From positions 16,299-80,298 of the forward strand of contig CAVVMW010000013.1 of the NCBI GenBank assembly GCA_963749495.1: a DNA stretch of 64,000 nucleotides, written 5' to 3'. Shown one piece after another: positions 37,626 through 46,585 of the stretch (position 1 is its first letter; each line of letters begins with the position of its first letter). The DNA is from an uncultured bacterium (GTDB taxonomy: Bacteria; Verrucomicrobiota; Verrucomicrobiia; Limisphaerales; UBA8199). A program made the translations under genes and the position numbers. Under the pieces are notes generated by a model. It was not told where the DNA came from, searched no databases, and was given only the letters and a program-made list of their open reading frames with translations.

Positions 37626-38732
37626 TCAGGGCGTTTTGAAGAGCCAGCGTTGTTTGTCGCTGTCAGGATTGAACTTGGCGAGCGTAGCGGAACTGCTGCC
37701 GATGGCCGAAAGAGCCAGCGGCTCCTTCGTCTTCGGGCCGGGCCTGGGCATGATGCGCCAGGTGCCGTCAGTGAGTTGGTCGAGGCGCCAGAGTTGTTCG
37801 GGCTCGCCGGTGAAACTGGGCAGGGCGACGAGTTCGCCGTCTTCGGTGGCGGCCAAGGCGCGGTCTGTGCCGGCGATGGTGATTTTGAAGTACGGCGAGC
37901 CGGGGTAGCCGCCGGCGTTGGCGACGGGCGTAACCGTCCACTTCTGCTGGGCCTGCACCATGTAGTTGGCCATGCGCACGTCAATGCTGCCGGCAGGCCA
38001 GTTCGTCGAGACCTGCGCAACGTCCTGCGGCGGAATCGGGGCGCCGCCGCCTCGGGCGCCAAACCCACCGAAATTGCCGCCTCCACCCGGACCCCCGCCT
38101 CCACCCACTGCGCCGGGTCCGCCCCGTCCGCCGCCCGGCCCACCGCGGGCGCCCCTGGCGCGTCCACCGCCGACCGGCACGCCCTCGACGGCAAGCTCAA
38201 GCGCGGTGCCGGTGCGGATGGATTCGATTTCATACGTGCCTTCTCTGAAGTTGTCGCCGGCGACGGGCCAGCCGTCTTTCCATAGCAGCGGGCGGATGTC
38301 GAGCACGCTGGCGCCGCCCCTGTCGAGGTCGGCCTCATAGTGGCAGGAGAACTTCTGCACGCCGTCGCCGAGATCGAGGAGGCCGAAATGGCCGGGGCCA
38401 ACGACACGGCCACCGGAGCCGACGAATAGCTTGCCGCCGCCCATGAGCATCTCTGTGCCCTGGCTGTCGAGGAAAGGACCGATCACCGTCCTGGCGCGGC
38501 CGACGCGGATGTTGTAGCCCGAGTTTGCGCCGGCGCAGCAGGAACCGTGCGTGGCAAGCAGGTAATACCAGCCGTCGTCGGAGATCAAGACTGCGCCCCC
38601 GGTGCCGAAGGTGTAGTACTTGCCATCGCATTGGGTGACGGTTGAGGGATCGTGGATTTGAACCTGGCCGTCGAGCGCAAACGCGCGCGAGACCAGGGGG
38701 AGAATGGCGGCTGCCAAAAGAACGGATTTCAT
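37626..38732 (-). pseudogene. GH43 arabinanase-like enzyme with ricin-like (CBM13) tail; in-frame internal deletion at the DGW motif
   Basis: IHDPST, then ISDDGW joined directly to YYLLATHGSCC; IDP and catalytic-acid segments missing; QQKW/EQLW/KQRW ricin repeats. Confidence 0.8.
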
Positions 38733-38755
38733 AGGACTGCAATCGTGGTTCACAA

Positions 38756-39175
38756 TCATTCTTTCAACCTCTTAACCCGAATCGCCATGTAGGGCTTGCC
38801 GGGCAAATCAATGCTGCGCCCGTCTTTGTCCCCGAGGAAATAGTCCGTCCTCCCCGCCAGCGTGAACGTCCCGGGCACGGCCGTCACGGAGATGTTCCAT
38901 GTGTCGAGGACTTCGGCGGTGAATTTCATGCCCTCGACTGCCCGGCGTTTGCCTTGCGCCCCTTTCGGAATCCTGAATTCCCAACGCGTCGGCGTCTGTT
39001 TGCCGAGATAGACGAGGTAGTAATCGGGCACGCGACCGCCATATTCCGGGGACGCCCATTTTTCAATCGGCTCAATGCCTTCGGCGGGCGCGTCATCGAG
39101 CACCTGCTTTAGAAACGCGAGGCGCGGCGGGCTTTGGCCTCTGAGCACGCCGCCCTTCGACCACCAAAGAATCTG
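38756..39175 (-). pseudogene. C-terminal fragment of a DUF5605-type (DUF5060/DUF4038/DUF5605, apiosidase-like) protein
   Basis: ILWWSKGGVLRGQSPPRLAFL, YYLVYLG, EVLDTWN, LPGKPYMAIR. Confidence 0.65.
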
Positions 39176-41532
39176 ATCGTTACGCGGCCATTCGCAGCCG
39201 CCGAAATGACTCCAGCCGGAAGCGGATAGAGTTGCTCGAAAAACTCGCCGGGTTTCTCTCCTTTCAGGCGTTCGGTTGCCAGCAGGGTGTCGTTGGCGAA
39301 GACGTTGAAGTTGCGATCGCGATCCCAGCCGGAGTAGGTGACGGCAAGCTCGGCGGCACTCGCGCCATGCAGGTCGAGGGTGTATTGAAACCGGCGGCCG
39401 TGGCGCCAACGGCGGCCCTGAAACTCGCCTGATTCGGTGTCCTCTCCCACAAAGCCGTGTTCCACTTCCGGTTGCCGTTCTCCAACGGCGACTGAATCGA
39501 GGGTGGCGGCCTCCCGGGCAAGCTTAAGGCGCTCCGTGGCGGCGCGGCGTTCTCGCTTGGCCAGCAGTCCCTCCTTGGTGGTGAGTTCCCAGTACATTTG
39601 GTAGCGGCTGTCGTGCAGCCGAAAGAACGGGACGAGCGGGAGTCCTTGTGGCAATGCCGGCTCCACGACACCAACCAGTCGGAAATGGAGCGGCTCCCGG
39701 TCAGGATCAGGTTGGACATACTTCGGCAACTCAGCAGCGGTCGCTAACAAAACGGGCACGCGGTCCAGGGCCACCATAGGCCCATGAGCCACATGGCCCA
39801 TCCGGTCGCCGTCGGCGCGAAGCCCGACCAGGTCGTTCGTCCCGGCAGGAGAAGCCAGCGCGATAGGGCCGAGCAAAATGGCGACCCAATCTGAACCATC
39901 CGGCAGACGTTCAACGGTGGTGCGCATTGGGAGGTCAATTTCAACACGGTCGCCATCGCGCCATTCGCGGTGAAGCTCGGCGTAAGAGGAGGGAGTGGAG
40001 ACAACGGATACCGGCTCGCCGTTGACGCGCACCACAAAGTCACCGGCAGCGACCCAGGCGGGATGACGGAGGCGAAGGGTGAAAATGGATGGACGCTTGA
40101 GTTGCAGCTTCAAACGTGTGCGGGGTTCATCAGGGAAGGTGGTTTCCTGCCGCAGCTTCAGGCCGAGTTCCGGAACAGAAAGCTCGGAAGCGATGAAAAG
40201 ATTGACATAGAGGCCATCGCTGGTGTGGGCGTAGATGAACTCGCCGTACTTGCGGGGGTTTTCCATGCCGGTGCCGACGCAGCACCAGAAACAATGCTCC
40301 GGCTGAGAATAGACGCGGTAATGGGCAGGCCGGATGGGGGTGAAATAAACATAACCGGGCGTGGTCGGGTTGATCGAGGCGAGGATATGATTGTAGAGCG
40401 CCCGTTCATAGTAGTCGGCATAAGCCGCCTTGGGCTTGCTGAGGAAAAGCCGTTCCGTGAGGCGGAGCATATTGTAGGTGTTGCAGGTCTCCGGCCCCTC
40501 GCGGTGTTCCAGCATGACGTGGAAATTCGTGGGCGCGTTGAAATGCTCGGAAACACTGTTGCCGCCAAAAACAACCGTTCGCCGACTGGTAACGGTCTCC
40601 CAGAAAAAGCGCGCGCCGGAATCGGCTTTCTCGTCGCCGGCAAGCGCGGCGATGCGCTCGAGGCCAGTGACTTTTGGAATTTGCGTGTTGGCGTGCAGAC
40701 CGGTGAGGTGATCCTCGTGGCCCAGGAGCGGACCAAGAAGGGCCTCATGGCAAAACCGGCGCGCAAGCTTCAGATACTTTTGATCGCCGGAGATCGCGTA
40801 GAGGTCAGCCAGGACTTCATTCATGCCGCCGTGCTCAATATCGAGCATCTTCTGCATCCGCTGGTCAGAGAGGCCGGCGACCACGCGGTCACACCAATCC
40901 CCCAAACGGAGCAAAACCTCGTGGGCCTGCTTATTGCCCGCGACCAGCCAGGCGTCACGCAGTCCGGCAAACGTCTTGTGAAGGTTATACCAGGGCACCC
41001 ATTTCCTCCTGAGGGCTTCGATCCGGCCGCCGGCCACCTCTTTCCACAACGCGCGGCTGCCAGGGACACCGCCAATATAACCGTCGCCGGACGCCTGCTG
41101 GCAACGCTCCAGTTCAGAAACCATGTAATCAAGCCGGCGACGCAACTCGCCCTCCGGCGTATCCGCTCCCGAGGCGCTCATGAAGGCCAGCGCGGAGAGA
41201 TAATGGCCGGCCGTGTGGCCGTCGAGGCCGCCGCTCTCCCAATTGCCGTAAGCGGGCTTGCGCGATTCCAGCCCGGCTTCCCGGAGGAACGGTGCAAGCA
41301 GGCGGTCCGGATCGAGCGCGAGCATATAAGTGCGGTTGGCCGCGACCCCCTGCGCGAACGGACCATCCAACAGGCGGACGGCGGTCAGAGGGAACAATTT
41401 CGTCTCCAACGCGGAATGATCCTGTAAGGCCGGCGTGTCGGCGGCAGGGGTTGCCAAGGCCGCCGCCGAGGCGAGTAGCGCCAATATTATCCCCTTCGAG
41501 ACCGCAGGGGCGGTAAAAATAGAGGTTGCCAT
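39109..41532 (-). CDS. Secreted GH146/GH127 beta-L-arabinofuranosidase; last few residues probably replaced by the deletion junction at ~39172
   Basis: YGNWE, GHYLSA, PWYNLHK, EHGGMNE, HANTQIPK, ETCNTYNML, FWCCVGTG. Confidence 0.85.
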   Translation of the reverse strand: MATSIFTAPAVSKGIILALLASAAALATPAADTPALQDHSALETKLFPLTAVRLLDGPFAQGVAANRTYMLALDPDRLLAPFLREAGLESRKPAYGNWESGGLDGHTAGHYLSALAFMSASGADTPEGELRRRLDYMVSELERCQQASGDGYIGGVPGSRALWKEVAGGRIEALRRKWVPWYNLHKTFAGLRDAWLVAGNKQAHEVLLRLGDWCDRVVAGLSDQRMQKMLDIEHGGMNEVLADLYAISGDQKYLKLARRFCHEALLGPLLGHEDHLTGLHANTQIPKVTGLERIAALAGDEKADSGARFFWETVTSRRTVVFGGNSVSEHFNAPTNFHVMLEHREGPETCNTYNMLRLTERLFLSKPKAAYADYYERALYNHILASINPTTPGYVYFTPIRPAHYRVYSQPEHCFWCCVGTGMENPRKYGEFIYAHTSDGLYVNLFIASELSVPELGLKLRQETTFPDEPRTRLKLQLKRPSIFTLRLRHPAWVAAGDFVVRVNGEPVSVVSTPSSYAELHREWRDGDRVEIDLPMRTTVERLPDGSDWVAILLGPIALASPAGTNDLVGLRADGDRMGHVAHGPMVALDRVPVLLATAAELPKYVQPDPDREPLHFRLVGVVEPALPQGLPLVPFFRLHDSRYQMYWELTTKEGLLAKRERRAATERLKLAREAATLDSVAVGERQPEVEHGFVGEDTESGEFQGRRWRHGRRFQYTLDLHGASAAELAVTYSGWDRDRNFNVFANDTLLATERLKGEKPGEFFEQLYPLPAGVISAAANGRVTIRFFGGRRAACSEAKARRASRF

Positions 41533-41543
41533 AGGAGTGTCAT

Positions 41544-41576
41544 TTCATCGGACTGGCGTGTTGAATCCGCCGACAT
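41544..41576 (-). pseudogene. First ~11 codons of a second ECF sigma paralog
   Basis: MSADSTRQSDE versus MSADSTRRFDD of the intact sigma; DNA homology extends through the promoter at identical spacing. Confidence 0.7.
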
Positions 41577-41593
41577 GCGTCGATCTTTATCAG

Positions 41594-41623
41594 TACTTCC
41601 TGCAAACCGCGAGTTTTGGACAT
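41594..41623 (-). promoter_or_regulatory. Putative ECF promoter, copy 2
   Basis: ATGTCCAAAACTCGCGGTTTGCAGGAAGTA. Confidence 0.65.
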
Positions 41624-41832
41624 CCCACCACCGCGCAGTTTTCATAACCCCCTCACCTCCACGACAAAAAGCCCGCCCCTCTGATCCATCGGGCCATCAT
41701 TTACCACCCATTCGGTGCGACAAGAGCGGGGACCGCTCGAACTCCGAAAGCCGACAAAAGGAGAGGCAGGGGTGCTATCCCCTGCCTCTCGCGGCCCAAC
41801 CACAACTCAGTTCCAAACAACCTCTTCACGGA

Positions 41833-41862
41833 TACTTCGGGCAAACCACCAGTTTTGGACAT
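41833..41862 (-). promoter_or_regulatory. Putative ECF promoter, copy 3
   Basis: ATGTCCAAAACTGGTGGTTTGCCCGAAGTA. Confidence 0.6.
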
Positions 41863-42058
41863 TCAGCGGCGGGTTATTTTCGCAGTCCCCTCACACCCCC
41901 GCGGCAAAAAGCACGCCCACCGCATGGAATGAGGGGCGTAACAAGCCGTCCTTCCGCCTCCGGGATGGGACAGTTGACGTAACCTTCGATCACAGCCTGC
42001 CGGACCATCGTAACCGCCTGGCGGTGCAAAGAAGAAACAGCAAATGGATACGGATTGG

Positions 42059-42088
42059 ATGTGCAAAACTCGGGGCTCGCCGGAAGTA
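42059..42088 (+). promoter_or_regulatory. Putative ECF promoter, copy 4 (divergent orientation)
   Basis: ATGTGCAAAACTCGGGGCTCGCCGGAAGTA, 9 nt before ATG 42098. Confidence 0.6.
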
Positions 42089-42097
42089 CAGGTAGCT

Positions 42098-43525
42098 ATG
42101 AATGAATCTTCTCGCAGTTTAGGTATGAACCGGCGTCATTTCCTTGCCGCAGCGGGGCTGGCGCTTGCCGCACCCACCATTATTCCTGCCAGCGCGCTCG
42201 GGCGGGAGGGAAAAGCGGCCCCCTCCGAGCGCGTCACCATGGGCGTAGTTGGCTGGGGTGTGCAGGGGCCGGGCAGCACGGGAGAGTTCCTCCGGCTCAA
42301 GGACTGCCAGGTCGTTGCCGCTTGCGACCTCGACAAGAACCATCTCCAGGCCGCCGTCAACACGATCAATAAGCATTATGAAAACCAGGACTGCAAGGCC
42401 TATCACGATTTCCGCGAGATGATGGCCCGCAAGGACATCAATGCCGTGATGCTGGCTGTGCCTGACACCTGGCACGCCTTGATCGCGGTCGAGGCCGCCA
42501 ACAACAAGAAAGACATCTACGGCGAAAAGCCGCTCGCGCGGACTATTGCCGAACAGCAGGCCATCGTCAGAGCCGTCCAGCAAAACGCCTGCATCTGGCA
42601 AACCGGTTCATGGCAGCGTTCGCAGGGTCCCTTCCGGCGCGCCGCCGAAATCGTTCGCAACAACCTGATCGGCAAGGTTACACGCGTCGAAGTTGGCCTG
42701 CCCGCCGGCCATACCGACTTTGCCGGCACCGGCAGGCCGCTGGCGGCGAAACTCAAGCCCGCCGCGCGACCCGACTTCCTGGCCAAAGTCGTTCCCGGCA
42801 CGCCCGGGTGGGATGCGGCTGTGACACAGCCTCCTGCCGAGTTGGACTACGACATGTGGCTTGGCCCTTCGCGGCATGAGCCTTACATCGGCGCCCGGGT
42901 CCACATGAACTGGCGCTGGAATTACAATGTCGGCGCCGGTCAGTTGCTCGACTGGATCGGCCACCATTGCGACATCGCCCACTGGGGCCTGGACATGGAC
43001 CAGACCGGCGGCCCTCTGGAAATCGAGAGCAGCGTTGGCGAATTCCCGCCGGCCAACGCCATCTGGAACACTTGCACCAGGTACCGCATCACCCTCAAGT
43101 ACCCGGAGGATATTACGATGATCATCGCCGGCGGTCATGGCGATATCCGAAGCGGCACCAAATGGATCGGAACCGAGGGCTGGGTCTGGGTTGACCGAGG
43201 CCGCTTTGACGCCTCAAACCTGGATTGGCGAGCCAAACTCCCTGACGACTGCAACGTGCGGCTCTACAAATCCGATAACCACCAGGCCAACTTCATCGCC
43301 TGCGTCAAGTCCCGCAAACCGACCATCACCCCTGCCGAAACCGGCCACCACTCCGCCATCCCCGGCCACCTCGGCCTCATCTCGTTGCTCACCGGCCACG
43401 ATGAAAATGGCCAACGCATCGGCCACAGACTCAAATGGGACCCGGAGAAGGAAGTCATCCTCGACGACCCCGAGGCCAGCAAGCTCCTGAGCCGCCCCTA
43501 TCGCCCGCCCTGGCAACTGGCGTGA
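42098..43525 (+). CDS. Tat-exported Gfo/Idh/MocA family oxidoreductase
   Basis: NRRHFL Tat motif, MGVVGWGVQG, PDTWH, YGEKP, QTGSWQRS, DWIGHHCD. Confidence 0.9.
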   Translation: MNESSRSLGMNRRHFLAAAGLALAAPTIIPASALGREGKAAPSERVTMGVVGWGVQGPGSTGEFLRLKDCQVVAACDLDKNHLQAAVNTINKHYENQDCKAYHDFREMMARKDINAVMLAVPDTWHALIAVEAANNKKDIYGEKPLARTIAEQQAIVRAVQQNACIWQTGSWQRSQGPFRRAAEIVRNNLIGKVTRVEVGLPAGHTDFAGTGRPLAAKLKPAARPDFLAKVVPGTPGWDAAVTQPPAELDYDMWLGPSRHEPYIGARVHMNWRWNYNVGAGQLLDWIGHHCDIAHWGLDMDQTGGPLEIESSVGEFPPANAIWNTCTRYRITLKYPEDITMIIAGGHGDIRSGTKWIGTEGWVWVDRGRFDASNLDWRAKLPDDCNVRLYKSDNHQANFIACVKSRKPTITPAETGHHSAIPGHLGLISLLTGHDENGQRIGHRLKWDPEKEVILDDPEASKLLSRPYRPPWQLA

Positions 43526-43546
43526 TTCGAGGCCCGTCTAAAGCCC

Positions 43547-43927
43547 ATGGCAGAGGCCCCCACCAGGCAGCCACGCATGAGCGTGGACGGCAAGTTCTTT
43601 CGGTTTGGCGAAAAGCGATTCTACGTCAAAGGCGTCGCGTATGGTCCGTTCGCCTCCCACGCGAGCCCCGGCGGGCCTGGATTCGCGTCGCCGGAGCAGA
43701 CCGCCCGCGACTTTGCCCAGATCCGGGAATTGGGGGCTAACCTCGTCCGCGTCTATCAGGTGCCCGCCCGGTGGTTTTTGGACCTGGCCGAGGAACATCA
43801 GATCAAGGTCTTGATCGATATCCCGTGGAACCAGCACCTCTGCTTTCTGGATTCGCCCGGGCAGCAGGCGGCGGACACTGCGGGTGCGCAGGCCTGGCTG
43901 GAGCAAAACCCCCGGGCTGGCCAATGA
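43547..43927 (+). pseudogene. N-terminal fragment of a GH2-like TIM barrel/glycosyltransferase fusion protein
   Basis: VDGKFF...FYVKGVAYGPF, DFAQIRELGANLVRVY, IPWNQHLCFLDS, then an unrelated tail. Confidence 0.65.
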
Positions 43928-44154
43928 ACCAACCAAACCTATGGTTCACCGCTCCTGGGTCCGGTCCGCGTAAACCTGCCAGGCTTTGATCTTGTTGTTG
44001 GCCACCATGGCCTTCCAAGCGCACCAGAGCTGATTAAGGCCAGTCGGGCCGAGCGTCCTCTCCCCACGCGTCCCACAACCGAACCCGTGGCGCCGCTCCC
44101 CATGGGCTTTGCCGACGCCCCCCACAGCAAAGGAAACAGAGTCCTTTTTCTGTC

Positions 44155-44305
44155 GTGCTCACTTTTGTGCTTACTTTTGCAAAATCATCGTCCGGCCCGG
44201 AAAAATGGGGTCGAAAGTGCATTTCGACTCGGTGAACACGGGGTGGAATGAGGTTTCCGGGTGCGCGGAGAGACGCCGTGAAACGCGATGAATACGGCCA
44301 AAATC
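44155..44305. mobile_element. att arm-like region adjoining the tRNA(CAT) half
   Basis: Tandem GTGCTCACTTTT/GTGCTTACTTTT and hairpin GTCGAAA..TTTCGAC next to the point where the tRNA breaks. Confidence 0.45.
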
Positions 44306-44345
44306 GGCTTATGAGTCCTCCGCTCTACCCCTGAGCTACTCTGGC
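44306..44345 (-). tRNA. 5' half of a tRNA with CAT anticodon (probably elongator Met), fragment only
   Basis: GCCAGAG TA GCTC AGGGGTA GAGC G GAGGA CT CAT AA GCC; no T-arm or CCA follows. Confidence 0.8.
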
Positions 44346-44444
44346 AACCCCGTGGAAACAGGCGATTCCCGATATTGGACTGGCCAGGTTCGCCTGCAGG
44401 CCGACTTCACCGCCGTGCCCAAGCTCATCGAGAACTGCGGCGAT

Positions 44445-44513
44445 CTGGTTTGCACCGACGCCACCAGCGAAGGCTTGAACCTGCGCACGGCCAGCGCCAT
44501 TATCGATTACGAC
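44445..44513 (+). pseudogene. Small SNF2-type helicase C-terminal domain fragment
   Basis: LVCTDATSEGLNLRTASAIIDYD resembles the TDAxxEGLNLQ...INYD motif. Confidence 0.55.
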
Positions 44514-44840
44514 CAAGCCTCGAAGGCCAGCAAGGTCGAGAAACGTCGCTCCCTACAAGGAAGCGTACGTCACAGCTCCTGGGATCAAACACACACGGGT
44601 TCAGGCCAACAGTTACGGTCCGCTGCAGTCCTTCGCAGCCGCGGCCTTCTTTCCCGATAATAGCTTCCACCGCAATGCGTTAGGCCGCATTCCGGCAATT
44701 GGAACCAAGGCCAAATGAGTCCTTGGTACTGTACAGACCGCTCAAGTTCCAATCGCGTTTGTGCATACTTGCGACTTTGTGCAACACCGACAGGGGAAGT
44801 GATTAAACTGGTATTGGTGAAACAGCACAACCTAGACCGG

Positions 44841-45083
44841 ATGTGGATGGGGGCGACCGCCTCCGCACGGTGGATCGGCGTGGCCGATGACACCATCGCC
44901 CGCCGCGGAATTCCCTGGCAGGACGATTTTGTTCCACATCGGGTCCGTTATAAGGTCCTCGACCTCGACCCCGGCACGGAGGGCGACCGCCGCTACTACC
45001 TCCCCGACGTGGAGGCGCTTCTGCGCCACCCGGCGCCCCGGGGCGGCGCGGCCAAGATGATTTCAAAGTCCTCCAGCCCATGA
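44841..45083 (+). CDS. Small excisionase/MerR-like HTH protein
   Basis: WMGATASARWIGVADDTIARR...RRYYLPDVEALL; lies between two att-like sites. Confidence 0.45.
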   Translation: MWMGATASARWIGVADDTIARRGIPWQDDFVPHRVRYKVLDLDPGTEGDRRYYLPDVEALLRHPAPRGGAAKMISKSSSP

Positions 45084-45200
45084 AAAGCGTGGAGCTTGAG
45101 TAGTGGCCGCCGATGGCCTGAATTAACCCGTACCCATGACGCACAGATCCAAAGACAACTGGCAGATTTCAGCGGTTTCTCGCATTCCTTATGGAGCAGA

Positions 45201-45402
45201 AGTAGTATCCGGCCCGAGGCCAAAATTTACCCTGTTTTTACCCTCCGCATTTATTCCCGCAGTATCCCGCAGGGAGCCGCACTTCAGTTTTTGCTCAGAA
45301 AACCCGCTGTTTTCCTAAGGAAAACGGGGCTTCTTCTGACTTCGGATCAGAAGGTTGCAGGTTCAAGTCCTGCCGGACGCGCCATTGATAATCAACTACT
45401 TA
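45201..45402 (+). mobile_element. att-like junction copy 2 of a tRNA-Arg-targeting integrative element
   Basis: Colinear homologue of 14951-15152 at offset 30250, with an identical ~60-nt core running into the anticodon arm. Confidence 0.75.
45335..45384 (+). tRNA. 3' half of tRNA-Arg(TCG), fragment only
   Basis: TCTGA-CT TCG GA-TCAGA, T-arm GCAGG-TTCAAGT-CCTGC, ends CGGACGCGCCA. Confidence 0.85.
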
Positions 45403-45900
45403 TGAATTCACCATCAGTTCAGGAATAACCATGCTTGGACACTTCTTGGACGTTTTTTGGGTTCTACAGCCCTTTTTTCGAGGCTCAGCCCATATCCAGA
45501 AGCACTATGCTCGACCTCATGCCGGGCACCAGCGACGGGTTGAGCCAGCGCACGGGTATCCGGCTGGACTGGTCCTGACCGACTATCCAGCGAACGTCGG
45601 CACGGACCTTTTGGCGCAAAGGACAGCCGAATGCTCTTGTGGTGGGTGCGAACCAAGGTTCGCGTTGCCGCCAGGCCCTGGGGCCGTTCTACGTCGTCAA
45701 AATTTGACGGCGGCAGATCAGGGTTTGCCCGTGGTCAACGATTTGACCAGAGAACCGGGGCGTGGGTTCTTGACTCTGTCAAAAGGCTGATTCCGAGCAA
45801 CCGTTTGCCGACCTGGCAACCTGACGTGCAAAACTGGCCCATTTGACGCGGACGTGCTCGGCAGGAATTGAGCCAACTGGGATTACGGTCGTGGTCCGCA

Positions 45901-45975
45901 GGCGGCGAACGCGAAGTCAAGAGGGCGCTCCGCAGCACATTGCTCAAGTATCAGCTCCACCGGGAGCAGGAGCTG
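45901..45975 (+). pseudogene. hsdR: C-terminal fragment of a type I restriction enzyme R subunit
   Basis: GEREVKRALRSTLLKYQLHREQEL matches my recollection of an HsdR C-terminus. Confidence 0.5.
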
Positions 45976-46000
45976 TGGAGACCGGCGGTGACGATGAATT

Positions 46001-46115
46001 TCAACGACATGCTCTCCCCAGCGCCTCCACAATCCAGACCATGCCCTCGGTGTCCTGGCCGCAGTATTCCTCCAACTGGCGGCGAACGCGTTGGCGCTCG
46101 GCCTCTGGGCGATCG
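46001..46115 (-). pseudogene. C-terminal fragment of a DUF2779-like (RNase H-like nuclease) protein
   Basis: ERQRVRRQLEEYCGQDTEGMVWIVEAL with YCxxDT motif. Confidence 0.45.
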
Positions 46116-46585
46116 GTGAAATGCCGCAGGCAACAACATCGGAGGTCGGCTTCACTTGGCTTGAGAGAATCGCGGCTCATTCCAAAGACGGGCTGCGTCG
46201 GCCAGCGTCTGCCCCTCCACGACTTTGCAGCGCTTCTGCGAGCAGGCGATTTGGACAAATCCCGCTTTCTCCTCGACGCCAGCACCCGCGCCGCAGCACT
46301 CGCACGGCTTCAGCGGCTCCCATTCCTTGGCCTCCTCGCGTACGTGGAGCTGCTAGCAGTATGTTGGCCCGACCCGTGCTGCGGGCAAAGTACCGCTCAT
46401 AGTCGCTTGCGCTATTCATTCAAGAACCTTTCTCGTCTGGGTAATGGATTCAATGAGTCGCGCCTTACGAACTTCCTAAAAGCAGGGATGGCCAACTCCC
46501 CTGTGAATCCTGCGAATCCCAGGGACGCATTGTGCGCCGAAACGGCGCTCTGTCAAGCCGCGTTTCGTCTTCGGGGGCAGGCGGG

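Noticed and set aside
45190..45245. Integrase C-terminus (SIRPEAKIYPVFTL; SIQPEAEIYPVFTL at 14950)
   Set aside because: Too short; no catalytic R-H-R-Y motifs upstream. The similarity is explained by the DNA repeat.
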